DNA of 64,000 bases from Carcharhinus longimanus (GCA_030264375.1 JASCQW010000146.1:14512348-14576347), one strand, 5' to 3'; positions 24,625 to 38,400 are shown, numbered from the stretch's first letter. Numbers and translations: made by a program. Notes: generated by a model from the sequence alone, not told the origin.

Positions 24625-25461
24625 TGTTAGAGAATTTCAAAATACTCTGGGTTTGAAAATACTAATAAGACTACTAAAAAACTGAGTGGATTAACTTTGG
24701 ATAAGACTCACAGACTGCCTTAAATAAACTACAGAAGGTATTGTCTGCATAGAAATACATATAACCAGTGAAAAGATTTAAACATGTAGTTTGGATTTAT
24801 AAAGGTGTTTCAAATGTACACTTTGGCCAAAATGCAAGCTGCCTCGAGGCATAATGGGAGCTAGCTAAAAAGAGCTGCATTCTTTTAGAACAATGCAGTC
24901 ACAAAGTCAACTTTTATCAGTATAAATCAGAGAAAGTACAGACTCCCAGATTCTAAAAAAAGGGTTATTCATTTTTACTGATAAAGAAAGCTCATCAGAT
25001 CAGTGGGAACAGGAATTTTTGACCCTATGATTTGCATAATAGAAGTTGCTAAGAGATGGGGGAGGTTACCTTTGAACTCAATGATTAGCATCATAGAAGT
25101 TGCTAAGAGACAAGAGGGTAGGATCTTCTGGATTTTATGGACCAATGCTTCCCATGATGCCAGAGGGAAGGATGCAGTTGGCTAAAGTACATGACATTTA
25201 TTAATGATTGACCTGTACCGAAGATGATTGATTTATATCTGAAAAGAATGAACCAAAAAGGGAAAAGTGAATTTGGAAATATAAAACTATGTTGATGAAT
25301 GTAATGTAATTGGAGAGAAGTATTGGTTTGACCAATGCTATTTCTTTCCAGCGAATATTGGACAATAAAGCCATCTTTCACCAGGAGACTACTGTGTTGC
25401 AAGTCTTTGTGTTAGCTAAGTTTTGGCAATACTTAGTCTCTGAAAAGAAACCCTGTCTACA
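24625..25461 (+). mobile_element. Solo LTR (837 bp) inserted in CR1
   Basis: Starts TGTTAGA and ends TCTACA (inverted termini); AATAAA at about 25364; diverged 5-bp flanks TGACT/CGAAT; CR1 RT sequence is continuous across it. Confidence 0.7.
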
Positions 25462-26164
25462 CGAATGTAGAAAGTATAATTAGTAAGTTTGTAGATGATA
25501 CAATAATTTATGGTGTTGATAATGAAGAGGATTAGGCTACAAACTGATATTGATCAGCTGGTAAGTGGGATAGAGAAATGCCAGATGTAATTTAGTCCTG
25601 ATAAGTGTGCATTTTGGGAGGGCTAATAAGGGTAGGTTATGGACAATGACCAGTTGGATCTCTTGGGAGTACTGAGGAACAAAGGGACCTTGGTATACAA
25701 GTCCTTAGGTCCTTGAAAGTGGCAACATGAGTAGATAGGGTGGTGAAGAAGGCATATAAAATGCTTGCCTTCATTAGCCAAGGCATAGACTATGGGAGCA
25801 GGGAGGTCTTGGTACAACTTTATAGAACATTGATTATGTCACAAATGGAATATTGTGCAGTTCAGTTCGCTACACTTTTGGAAGGACCCGATTGCACTGG
25901 AGAGTGTGCAGAGAAGATTTAACAGGATGTTGCCTGGGATGGAAAATTTCAGCTATGAGGAGAGACTAGATAAGTTGGATTTGTTTTCCCTGCAATAGTG
26001 GAGGCTGAGGGAGGATCCGGTGGAGATGTATAGAATTATGAGAGGCATAGATAGGGTAGATTGAAAGAATCTTTTACCCATTGCAAAGATGTCTAAAACC
26101 AGAGGGCATAGGTTTAAGGTGAGGAATGAATGATTTAGAGGGATAGGAAGAAAATATTTTTCAG

Positions 26165-26412
26165 AATCACAGAATCCTACAGTGCAGAAGGGGGCCATAC
26201 AGCCCATTGGTTCTGCATTGACCACAATCCCACCTAGGCCCTATTCCCATAACACTATGCATTTACCCTAGCTAGTCTCCAATTTAGCGTGGCCAATTCA
26301 CCTAACTCACACAGCTTTGGACTGTGGGAGCACCCAGAGAAAATCCACGCAGACACTGTCTGTGCAAACTCTGCACAGAAAGTGACCCAAGCCCGGAATT
26401 GAACCTGGCTTA
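26165..26412 (-). mobile_element. HE1-type SINE nested in the CR1 3' end
   Basis: Same body and tail as 7982-8462, internally deleted. Confidence 0.75.
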
Positions 26413-26924
26413 CCCAGAGTGTGAAGGAAATATGGAACATGCTGCCTAAGAGGGCGGTGGAGTATTGCAAAATTTAAGAAGCATCTAGATGGTCATTTAA
26501 ATCATTGAGGCATAGTAGGTAATGGTCCAGATATTGATTGTATTGGATGGTTGGCATAGACACTGTATAAGTTGTGCATGTTGACTGATGTCTTTTTTTT
26601 TAATCCACAGGTGATTTGGTCCTCCTTGTTGTCCAACAAAGGGCATACAAGTGGTGAGTCGTGCGAGGGCTTCTCTTGGATGCTTCTCCGAGAGTTGCTT
26701 CACGTCGTTAGTGTACGCTTAAACTGGACCATCTGACAGGCAACATGACAGCTCAGTGACTATCACTGTTTGCTGTGCAGNNNNNNNNNNNNNNNNNNNN
26801 NNNNNNNNNNNNNNNNNNNNNNNNNNNNNNNNNNNNNNNNNNNNNNNNNNNNNNNNNNNNNNNNNNNNNNNNNNNNNNNNCCTGCAAGCGCCAAGTGGGG
26901 TTGTAAGTGCCAAGTCTTGAGGAG

Positions 26925-27265
26925 TGTACCATAATGGCATTGTCACTGGACACATAATCCAGAACTCGGTATTGCTCTGGGGAACTAGGTTTGAATCCCA
27001 CCATGGCAGACAGTGAAATTTGAATTAAATAAAAATTTGGAATTAAAAGTTTAATAAAAACTGTGAAATCATTGTCAAATGCTGTAAAAACCCCACCAGG
27101 TTTACTAATGTCCTTAATCTGCAGTCCTTACCCAGTCTGGCCTACAGCAATGTGGCTGACTCTTAAATGCCTTCTGAAATAGGCTTGCGCCGTAAGTCAC
27201 TCAGTTTGCGAGCAATAAGGGATGGGCAATCAATACTAGCCCAGCCAATGGCACATACCCCATTA
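26925..27265 (+). mobile_element. Shark tRNA-derived SINE
   Basis: 'tggcattgtcactggacacataatccaga...ggtttgaatcccaccatggcag...gcaataagggatgggcaat'. Confidence 0.7.
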
Positions 27266-28629
27266 ATTTTAGAAAAATGCTGGTGATGGGGGGTTCACCT
27301 CTTGTTCAGGCATCCTGTTCCCTCCCCCAAGTGGTTCCCAACCCCATTACCCCTCCTGTGGCCAGTCAACCTGGTTCCAATGAGATCTTGGAACTTTCAT
27401 CCGGGTCTCCATTACCTCCATTTCATCAAAGATTACCTGCAGTTCCATCAGCAGCCACCTCAGTGGAGCTGCTGGGTCCAGAAGTTGTCAGTCATTTGCT
27501 TAGTCAGCAGCACTTCCTCTCCACTGGAGTTTTAAATTTCATCTCAAATTAAAGACCCAACAAATGACTGATAGGCAGTAGCGGAGGTGGCCTTATCCTG
27601 ACTTTTACATTGATGGATGTGCAAGGCTATCGCCTCCTATGTTAACTGTTTTTCTGTATCCACAGATACGCTTGACCTCTTGAGTGCTTTCTAGCATCTT
27701 CTGTTTTCATTCAGATCTTGTTTAATTGAACTTATTGGGCTGCCAAACCCATGGCATCCACTGGTCCTGAGTAATTGGGGACCAAACCTGTAGTGCCTGT
27801 TCAATTGCTTTAAAGGCATTTGCAGTGCAGGAGTAAACTACATTTGAAATCCAAATGGAGCGGCATCAAAAATCATAAATAGGGCAAAAGGTAGGAAATG
27901 GTCTCCAGATAAGTCCTTGAATTAAGAGTGCTAAAAATAATCCATTGTACTCTTGCAAGTCCTGCCCACTTGCCTACTCCTATATACCACATCCACTATG
28001 CCCACCTTTGCACTTCCTGCCCATTACAAGTTTTCACATTTACACATCCTGTCTACTGCATGTATCACCCCAATATACAGGCCTGAGGGTCAGGTAGCCA
28101 GAGCTAGAGGCTTCATTCCCCACTGGTGGGTCAATGGGAATGAAGCCCACACTTCTGATTCAAATACTGGTATGTGTAGGGTCAGGAAGAATGAGATGTG
28201 GGTCCTGTGTCTTTCAGTGGAGGTAGAAGAGGAATAGTATGAGTCAGCACAGGTCAGTGGTAGAACAGGAGGGACTCTGGGTCAAAACTGATCAGTGATG
28301 GGACAAGAGCTGTGGAGGATAAGATGGATTTGAATCTAATTTAATGATAGGATATGTAACTGTGCGTGTGATTCCTAACATTGAGCTGATTTCAATCTTG
28401 CAAGGCCAAGAACTTCATGAATTGAGTCCACTGTTTAACAAAATAGTTTTGTTGTATAAAAATCCTTCCATATGCCATATAGCAATGGGGTATAACCCTT
28501 CTCCCTGGTACCATTGTTCAGTACTTTTGTCTTGAAGAGCAAGTAGAGGAACAGGAGCAGTTCTGAATTCCAGCTTTGGCAAGAGGGCATCATTAAAACA
28601 ATGAACACTGCAAATATTTAATAAAAGTA

Positions 28630-28635
28630 TTTATT
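28630..28635 (-). terminator. Candidate poly(A) signal of CATSPER4
   Basis: AATAAA on minus (another at 28675-28680), about 760 nt after the stop codon, in an AT-rich stretch. Confidence 0.5.
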
Positions 28636-29393
28636 CATATATATAAACATAGTAAAAGGAATATTTGTTATCTCTTTATTTAACTGAAAGTACTTATTTA
28701 TTACATATTGCTGTTTTAAACTATTTACCTTGCAGCACAATCATGCACTCAGTACAGTACCGGATAGAAATTGATGTTAGCCTTTCATCTGGTACTGCAT
28801 GGTTTGTGTGCAATTTTTCTTTCAAAGCTCCCTGCTTACGGCATCAGCATGCCCAACACCTGGAAGCAGGGCAATAAGAAGCTGGTTTGCAGCTGTGCAT
28901 TTAAACTTGCATGAGCAGAGTATAAACATGACACAGATTCTGCGGTCCAGAAACTGGCATAGTAGAAGAGTCTGCTGCATCTTCCCCAACATTCTATTTC
29001 CTACAGTGACCCTTGGTGTGGATCTCTTTCGGTTCCAAGTCAGAAGCACTTCTCCTTTGTGGTTGTGAAGGAATTCGATGAGGAAGCGCAGGAGGTAAAG
29101 ACCAATAACAATCAGATGGCATGAAAGAGCATTGGCTACTTCACTCCTCTTGCTGGGTTGAAAAGAACTCAGCTTGTTCTGATCCATCTGCAGTCCATGA
29201 TCTTACAAAGGATCCTTCATATTCCAGTCAAATGAATGCCTCCAATCTACACTGATCACATTCATTGCTATCCTGGAAGTGGCATCTTCATAATGACACT
29301 GAACTGTTGTTCCTCAACACTGCAGGGCCAAGTTTACCAGAGGCTTCAATGTGTTTAAATATCAAATGATGCACTGAGCTTGATGCCAAGCAA

Positions 29394-29498
29394 TTAGTTA
29401 TCAGGCAAATGTCTCAGCGTGTGTGAAGAAGTCATTTGATTTTCTGGCGGTCTTGAGTATAAACTGCTAACTGTTGGACTGTTGTTTATCCTGCGCAC
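29394..29498 (-). CDS. CATSPER4: CATSPER4 probable terminal coding exon
   Basis: Strong acceptor 'ttatttcctttcttaactgcag|GTG', phase 0; VRRINNSPTVSSLYSRPPENQMTSSHTLRHLPDN*; low sequence conservation, so the call rests on splice signal and phase. Confidence 0.65.
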   Translation of the reverse strand: MRRINNSPTVSSLYSRPPENQMTSSHTLRHLPDN

Positions 29499-32400
29499 CT
29501 GCAGTTAAGAAAGGAAATAAAAATTCAGTAAAATGCAGAACTATTTACCATTGAGATTATTCTATTTTCATCCCACTGTCCCCAACATTGTTGAGGATGT
29601 CAGCAGTGACAACACAATTGTCGCTTAATCAGAGATCTTGGATTCAAACCCCACTACTGAAATCTAAATACATAAACTAAGTTCACTATTTATCTCAGAA
29701 CAGTTTATGGATCTTGATTTATACAAATTGTACATGTGTTTGCTCATGAGCAGGATTTTCTGGACCTGACACTGACAGGCGTCATCATGGGAGGGATGGA
29801 AAAATTTGGACCTGTTGACTTTGAACAGTTCTTCATATTTTCCCATCCCATGGGTATCTGGGCCAGAAAGTCCCAGCTGGATAACAGTAATGACAGTTTG
29901 AAAAGTCATTAACTGCTGTGAAGATCTTTGAGAGGACCTGGGATGTGAAAAGTTCTATAAATGCAAGCCTTTTCTTCAATGTAATCAGCATCTGAGAAAT
30001 ACACAACAGGCTGAAGGTGAATTTGCCATTGAATCGCATTCTCTTCCAGAATAATTTTCAAAAGGGAATTTGAGGCATTAAATCTCAAATTAATTAAGGT
30101 CAGCACAGAAGCTGCAAATAAATTTTATCCCACATTCACAGCAGGTCTTGTGTTTACATCACGCTTTGGAATAAGACTCCATGGAGACATAATAATCATG
30201 CAAGGCTATGAGAGCAATTGTCAAGCTTGATCTAGGCATATTATTCCCTCCGATTATGTGATCAGGTTCCAGGTGTCATAAACTACAAATGAGGACACTG
30301 GGAGTCAGAACAGAATAAAAAGTCTGACAACACCAGGTTTTAGTCCAACCTATTTATTTGATAATATACTCACTAGCTTTCGGGTTANNNNNNNNNNNNN
30401 NNNNNNNNNNNNNNNNNNNNNNNNNNNNNNNNNNNNNNNNNNNNNNNNNNNNNNNNNNNNNNNNNNNNNNNNNNNNNNNNNNNNNNNAAAGCACAGACAG
30501 TTTAGAGATTACTGATTAAAATGCGAATCCTTACACCTAACCTGCTGTTCAAGACCTGAAGTCAGAACAGAAATCAGAACAAAAGTATTTTTTTGAAAGA
30601 GTTGTGAAATCAGTTAGTTGTGAAGATCACCGATGCAGGCAATTGAAATAAGCATAAAAGACAACTGGTCGCTTCACTCAGCTCCTATCTCAGTCCATCT
30701 ACTGCTGAAACCTTCACTCACGTTTTTGTTACATGCCCAATTGCCCAATGTTCTCCTCACTGGCCACCCACCTTTCATGCTCTGTAAACTTGGGCTCACC
30801 CAAAACCTCGCTGACCATCATAACGCACATCAAAACCTGTTACTCATCACCTCTGCTCACTAACTTACAATGGCTTTAAAATTCTTATCCTGTGTTCAAG
30901 TCCTGCCTTGAATTAACCTCTTCCTCTTCCTGGAACCTCCTAAAAGCTTAAAGATCTCTGCTTTCATTTGTACTCATTCAATTCTGGTCTCTCGGACATT
31001 TCCAATTTTCTTCACTTCGCCATAGGCGATCATACTTTCAAGTGCCTAGGCACAGGCTCTGGAGTTCCCTCCTTGAAATTCTCCACCTCTCTATCCCTTA
31101 AAATCAATCTGTTTGACAAAATATTTGGTTGTCTGTCTTTCTAATTCTTGGTGTAGCTCAGTGTCATGTCAATTTTTGTCTGATTAAAAAAAATTCTAAG
31201 GCACTTTCAAGAAGTGTTATTATATTAATGGTGCTATTAAAAGGGACAAATTGCTATTGATGTCATTTCTTAAGAGAACAAAAATTGCAGGATACAGTAG
31301 GAGGTAGCTAGATGAGGTTGCAGTCAGTCAAAAAAGGGATGTAGTTGTACACAGACTGAGATATGTTCTCATCCAAAAGCAAAGGGATTGGAATTCAGGA
31401 TCTGAGTCCACTGGACAGGTAAATCTCATGCTGCACCACATGCACAGCAATAGAATCTCAACCATGTGTTTTAAGTAGCACCTTATCACTTCTGGTAATG
31501 CTTCACACAAATTGGATTATTTTCAAGACCAGCCATAGCTGTATGTTAATTACTGGATCTCACAAATAGCAATGAGATAAATGGCTAGTAAATCATTATT
31601 TTGTTGGTATTGGCTGAAGAGGGAATATTGCCCAGAACTCCAAAATAACTCCCAGTTTTTCTTCAGGAATCCTCTGTAGCCATGTTATTTGCTTTGCTTT
31701 AAGATCACACCCAAAAGTCAGCAGTCCCAAATTTTCTCAAAGGGTTTGATCAGATTCCCATTGTATCTCCAGAATAACTAAAAAGTAGTGGGCAGGGTCC
31801 AAAATGCAATGGGTCCTCATTCTTCAGGGGATTCTGAGCTAGCCTTATAAGTACCAAACTTCTACCAAACATCTAACTGAAGTGTTCTTTTCTGAACATG
31901 TTAATTTGGATTTATTATGGNNNNNNNNNNNNNNNNNNNNNNNNNNNNNNNNNNNNNNNNNNNNNNNNNNNNNNNNNNNNNNNNNNNNNNNNNNNNNNNN
32001 NNNNNNNNNNNNNNNNNNNNTTTAATTTTTGGGGGGGATGTGGGCATTGCTGGCAAGCCTAATTTTTTTGTGTTTCCCTAGATGCCCTCAGAAGGGGGTG
32101 ATAGGCCATCTTGAATCATGATAGTCATTGTGCTTAAGGTGCTCCCACAGTGTTGTCAGGGAATTGCAGGGTTTTGACATAATCTCAATTTCTTCACTGT
32201 CACTGTGGGGGGAATTCTCCCATCTAGGGACTAGATCCTGTGGCAGGGGTAAGAACATGGAATATTTCCTGCTATGGAGGCAAGCGGGAAAACATGACAA
32301 ATCTTCCAGCCCTGATCTCATTATGTAGCCAGGTGTTTTGCGCCATACTCAGTGGCAGGGCAGGTCTCCTGCTGCGCAGTCCGCTGTGCTATCTGGGTGC

Positions 32401-35400
32401 CATATTGAAAAGGTGCCCAACATCACTGGCCCACTATTGAAGAAAGAAAGTGGATCTCCTAAAAATGAAGATGGATCTCTGGGAGTATATTGAAGCTGGA
32501 AGATGGCCTCCAGGACACTGAATGTGGAAGATCCACCTTGAGTTACTTCCCCACCCATGCTGTAGTGTTCCCAGGTCTAGGGTTGCCAACAGCCTCCATC
32601 CTGAAATCCAGAGGCAGCCCCAGGCATTGTTCAGGTAATGCTATGTTGTTCCATACATGATTTACACCAGCAAGTTTTCCTGTTGGTGCTGCAGAAAATC
32701 AGGTTTGGGAGGTCAGGCCTTCATCTGCATTGATTAGTGAGATGCAAATGAGTTTCATGCTGACCCCAGTGGGTTTCCCAATCTTCCATGGCAGGCACCA
32801 GCAGGAGACTCCACTGTAAATTCAACTGGTGCAAAATCAATATTTGGGTCTCCCACCAAATTCTTCCACCCTCTGCCAAAGAACCCACTGGTTAGACTGA
32901 TGTGTGACTCAGGGATGATGGTATTTGCCAGGCCACTGATACCCCCCATTTTTCTAGGTTGAGATTGCTGGTTTAGGAGATGGGATATTATGCACTGGAA
33001 TTGAGACGGACGGGTCTGGAGCTTTTGACTAACGCGTAAACTGAAAATCAAATGGGTCACTTAGTTTTGGATCATGTTGAATTTCTTGAGTGTTGTAGGT
33101 GGCATTCTTCTAGCCAAGTGTGGAGAGTATGTCATTACACTCCTGCCTTTTAGCTTACAGATGACGGAACGGTTTCGGGGAATCAGGAGATATCACGGGT
33201 TACTCTGATCTGCTCCAGAGGCCACATTATTTAACAGACTGGTCTAGCTGAGTATTTAATGAAATAACATCTTGCTGGCTGCTTATCTCAGTGCTATTTT
33301 GACTTGTCAATATAACTTAAATTGCAATGTAAGAAAATACAAATGATATAGTAACAGCTACTAGCAGGGGGAACCAGGTGTGTTTGAAGAATTATTTAAA
33401 GCCCTTATTAAAACAACAGGCAGTATGGGAATTTGACCTTTTCCATTATTAACATGTTGCTGAGCATTTCTTTCTTTTTGAATGTTGGCATATCATTGGT
33501 GAGAAGAGCCTCGGTTATGTCCATTATTCGCTTCTCATGCTGCATGATCTGCTTCTGCTGCTCACGGTTAAACAAGATATCTCGTAGCTCTTTCACAATG
33601 CTGAGTAGGCAAACCAAGATAATTATTAAATACAGCAAAAGTAACTCGTGCTTTGGATCATGGAGAATAACAGTAATTCTCACTGTAGGCGAGGGGAGGG
33701 GAGGGTTGGTGTAAATGACCATAACTTACATTGTGGGTGGGGATAAGTGGCAGTAATGCATAGTGTCAGTGAGCAAGAGTGATAATAAGCTAGGCTGTGG
33801 GTGGGTCAGAATGACATACTGTGGTGGGTCAGAGGACAGTACTTTACACTCATGGATCAAAATAACATGAAGGTCCAGATTTTTGCAAAGTTGTGGAGAT
33901 TCTGCAGAGAATGGTGGGTGGAACCAATAAGTCCTGACCCTATTTCTGACAGAATCCACCTTTTTCAAATAGGGGAAATAAATGTGGCATGACTCACAGG
34001 AAACCCGAACGCAACAGAACAAGTTGAACTTAGTGCTGAGTTCAAACAGACCTCATTTTTGCTATAGCAAGAGACTTAAACCACAGTGCGGGAGTCACTG
34101 TAGAGGTAAATGCTCTTGAAGGGCAGAAAGGATCTGTAGAACTATCATGATGTGAAATTATTTAAATCCCCAGCCCTTTAAAAATTAAAAACAGGTTGCC
34201 TGTGTCAGTATGAGTTGAAAAACTGTGTTCTAACAGTTACAATTGCTGTTGGTTGATAATTGCCCAAGAGCGATCATTATATCATTATAAATGCTTGGCT
34301 GCTTTCCACAAGCTAGAACTATCTCAGTAGAGAACATCCTAAATTCAGTTTGATAAACAGCTGATTCTTGGATGTGGGATTATGAATATAAATTTGTTAT
34401 TATAAGGGATTATGCAATTGAGACAATTTTATGAAAAAAGTTTAAATAGGTACTTGATTAAGATATTAAAGATTATTGGATGTCAGGATTGTGGAGTTAA
34501 GGCCACAATCAGATCAGTCATGACATTATGGCATGTTGCAGCAGGCTCAAGGGGTCAGATGGTCTACTCCTGCTCCTAATTTGTATGTTAATTTTTACTA
34601 GTATTTTCTATTAATATAGCAAAGACTGTGAAATTTAGGCTTCATTTTATTTAATCTCAACATGATTCTTGAGGTCTGCCCTGTGGATACTGGGTGGTTT
34701 TACATGCAAGTTGTAAGGGGCCATGGAGATAAGTAGGGGCATGGGCTAGCTTGAGTTGGCATTGTGCATGGAGAGAGTGGGGAAGGTAAGGGTTAGAACA
34801 CCTAAAATTGGACAAAACAACTATCTCCGATCTATGTTTTGGGTTGGCAGGTCTGACTCTATCTCCCCCTCCCCACTACCCAACACACAATTCTTCCCAG
34901 AATAAAGTTTGCACCATTTGGATGAGTTTCTCCCGAGGAGGGTGCAGAGAGCCAGAAAATCTCTCAACTCATACTACCCGCCTCAGGACTGAAAATCCGG
35001 GCAGAACTTTCATTATTGTTGGCCAGAGTGACTGTAATTGATACTGCAGGGTGGGCTCCTACTTATTGAGATCAAGGCGAATCTGCTTGTAGTACTGGAG
35101 GTTCCTCTGGATGGCTTCCAGCACTAGACAGAACTCCTCGTATGTGGTGAGGTTGAGATTCTCCAGAGAGCTGTACTTCATTGGTTGCTGTTTGTGAGCC
35201 ATGGTGATCTGCTTCATGCATTCTTGCACGTGGATCAAGTCCAAATGTGTGTCTGATTCACTCTCATCTTTCAACTGATATATTTTAAAAAAAAGTGGAC
35301 ATTGTTAAAGGTGGAATAGTTTGACAACAAATCTAAAATTAAAATAGCATATAGGCAAAAATACTAAGCAGTGGTTAATAATTGGTTCAACATGTCAGTC

Positions 35401-38400
35401 AATACCACCAATCAATCACATCAGTTCATATCACCAATCATTTATCATGAAATGTCAAAATCTTGTATCATTCCCATATAAACGCATTGAGGTGAATTTC
35501 AATGCTAGACCCAGATGTGCATCTTTCAACCTCTTATTCTATTATTCATGATGTTAATCATCATTTAATAATGAAAGCTGCTGTTTGTAATTGGAAACAG
35601 AAATTGATCCTTCCTTAAAGGATGTAATTGTGTTCTCATTTTAAACAGTTATGATTTTCTTCTGCTTAGCAACGAACAATAGTCCTAAAAGTGACCCATT
35701 GCTCCCTATGGAGTGTAATGTGCCCACAGAGATGTGATATCTGGTAACGAAGTAGTGACAGGAGTTGAATCGTTCACTGGGACTTTCGTCAGCTGTCTCA
35801 TGGCGCCTTAATAGTTAGAAGATTAATCATATTCAGACAATGTGGCTTAGGCCATGATTTATGAATAAAGGTTATCAAGTGACAAGTTAAACAGTAGGGA
35901 AATGACTGTTTCATTAAAATTACAACACCAAACTCAAATCCCGACTGCAAAAGAAGCAATATTCCACTTGGCCCTCCTAATAATGGAGTCTACATGGGTC
36001 AGTGTTAGCAACCCAGAACACTGACAAATGTTGCACTGAAGAGAACCGCCAAAGGCTCCAAAATGTATTTATCTGACTGAGCATCAAACTGTCGATCAAC
36101 AATCAGAAGATACAATGGCCTGGAACTGGTGGAAAAATCTGCTAAAAAGGAAAACCAAATGTATTATGTTTGAGCAATAATCTCTGCCTCTCTACACAGA
36201 TGCAACACCCTGGATGGAGAGACTGTCAAAAGTAGCTAATTATCATCTGTCAATAACTATAGATTCTAACCTATTCTAACCTCACGTTTCAGAGCTCTTG
36301 CCTGTATCATGGTGACCAGTCACTCAGCTATCACTGTATCTGAATGGGGCAACTGAAATTGTCCACACATTCAACCCAAACGTCTGAATCTAACTTCTCT
36401 TCCAATATTTGAAATAAAGTTGTGATTAATTTAAAGTGTCATCTCAAAACTTAAAAAAAACTTTAATCGATTCCTAGGACCTCCATCAGGACATGTGTAT
36501 CAAAATCATTTTTAAAAATTCATTTTTGGGATATGGGTATTGCTGGTTGGGCCAGCATTTAATGCCCACCCTAGTTGTCCTTGAGAAGATGGTGGTGAGC
36601 TGCCTTCTAGATCCACTATAGTCCAAGGTGTAGGGTACACCCACTATGGTATTAGAGAGGGCGTCTCAGAATGGTGAGTGACTTGGAGTGGAACTTTCAG
36701 GTAGTGGTGCTCCCAGGTTCCTGCTGCCCTTGTACTTGGTAGCTTTGTGAGTTTGGAAATGCTGCACAAGGAGTCTTGGTGAGTTCTTGCATGCATCTTG
36801 TAGATTGTACAGACTGCTGCCACTATTCTTTGGTGGTGCAGGGAATGAATGTTTGTGGAAGGGGTACCCATCAAGCGGGGAGGTGAGTTACTCGCTACAG
36901 GATTCGTAGCCTTTTTTATTCATTCATGGGACATGGGCTTCACTGACTGGCCAGCATTTATTGTCCATCCCTTGCTGCCCTTGGAGGGCAAATGAGGGCC
37001 AACCATATTGCTGTGGTTCTGGAGACACATTAGGTCAGACCAGGTAAAGATGGCAGATTTCCTGCTGTAAAGGACATTAGTGATGGGTTTTTCTGACAAT
37101 TGTGATTATCAGTAGATTCTTAATTCCAGATATTTGTTATTGAATTCAAATTCCACCAGATGCTGTGGTGGGATTTGAATCTGATTCCTGAGAACATCAG
37201 CTGAGTTTCTGGGTGAAACTCCCCTCTGACCTGCTCTTGTAGCCACAGTATTTATAAGGTTAGTTCAGTTCAGTTTCTGGTCAGTGGTACCCTTCTGTAT
37301 GTTGACAGTGGAAGATTCAGTGATGATAATGCCACTGAATGTCAAGGAGCAAAGGTTAGAATTTCTCTTGTTGGTGTTGGTTATTGCCTGGCAACAGTGT
37401 CATGCAAATGTTCCTTATTACTTGTAAGCCCTAGCCTGGATATTGTCCAGGTTTGGGCATGGACAGCTTCAGTATCTGAGTCATCGTGAAGGCTGCTGAA
37501 CACTGCAATCATCAGGAAGGGAGATCACTGAAGCAGCTAAAGATGGTTGACCCTGAGGAATCCTGCAGCGATGTTCAGGAGCTGAGATGACTGATCTCCA
37601 ATCAGCACAACAATCTTCCTTTGTGCCAGGTATGCCTCCAACCAGCAGGTTTCCCCGATTGCCACTGACCCTAGTTTTGCTAGGGCTCCTTGATACCGTA
37701 TAGCATTATATAACATGCAGGCCAGATGGAACGATTCAGGGTAGTATGAACTCTGAAGCTGGTTACAAGTGTTATGTAAACAAAACGCTGATGAGTTGTA
37801 GTTCTTTCTAAATTATGCCTTGCCCAATCTTTGGTGAAATTTGCTTTGTCCCATGTATTGTCATTGAGATGTAATATAGCCAGATGGCATTGTCTGGCTT
37901 GTTCAGATGCAGCATGCAACATTTCAGCCCAGGGATGTGCAAGAACTTTGTGATCAAGATTGACCCAACTTTTCCCTCAGGCAGAAAACACTGCTCATTT
38001 CAGTACCCTCTTCTCTCCCCCATGACAGGGCAAGATGGGATTCATCGCTAACACTATCCTACTGTTCTGTAGCAGTAGACCTTAATATAACAATGCAATA
38101 CATCTTCAAATCTACTCATAAGGTTACGTATATTAATGCTGGGGAATGGAACACATCTGGTGTCAGTATCAAGCTTCCAAAGTGAAATGCAGCAAATAGA
38201 GNNNNNNNNNNNNNNNNNNNNNNNNNNNNNNNNNNNNNNNNCTTAAAAACAAGACATTTTTCCACATGGAATAGGAGCAGGACTAGACAACACTAGTCAG
38301 CACTAGACCTATTGAGTAAACCTTCATGGTACCACCTCCAATGCAAGTATACCCTATTTAAACTTGGAGGCCAAAATGTATAGTTTTTATTTTTGTACAC

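Larger units (their letters stand above)
21995..26530 (+). mobile_element. Old CR1 LINE ORF2 (endonuclease + RT) with nested insertions
   Basis: LNCIYFNARSL, VGDFNF, DWRIAI..LLFKK, DFSKAFDK, VTSGVPQG, KFVDDT, LYRTLI..MEYC, TRGHRFKV motifs occur in order, with stops and frameshifts. Confidence 0.85.

Noticed and set aside
28822-29187. 121-aa minus ORF downstream of the CATSPER4 stop
   Set aside because: Lies in the presumed 3'UTR, with no recognisable domain or splice support.
14287-29498. Functional coupling between the claudin and CATSPER4 as a joint system
   Set aside because: Only adjacency supports it; the genes are convergent, share no promoter, and neighbourhood rarely implies joint function in vertebrates.
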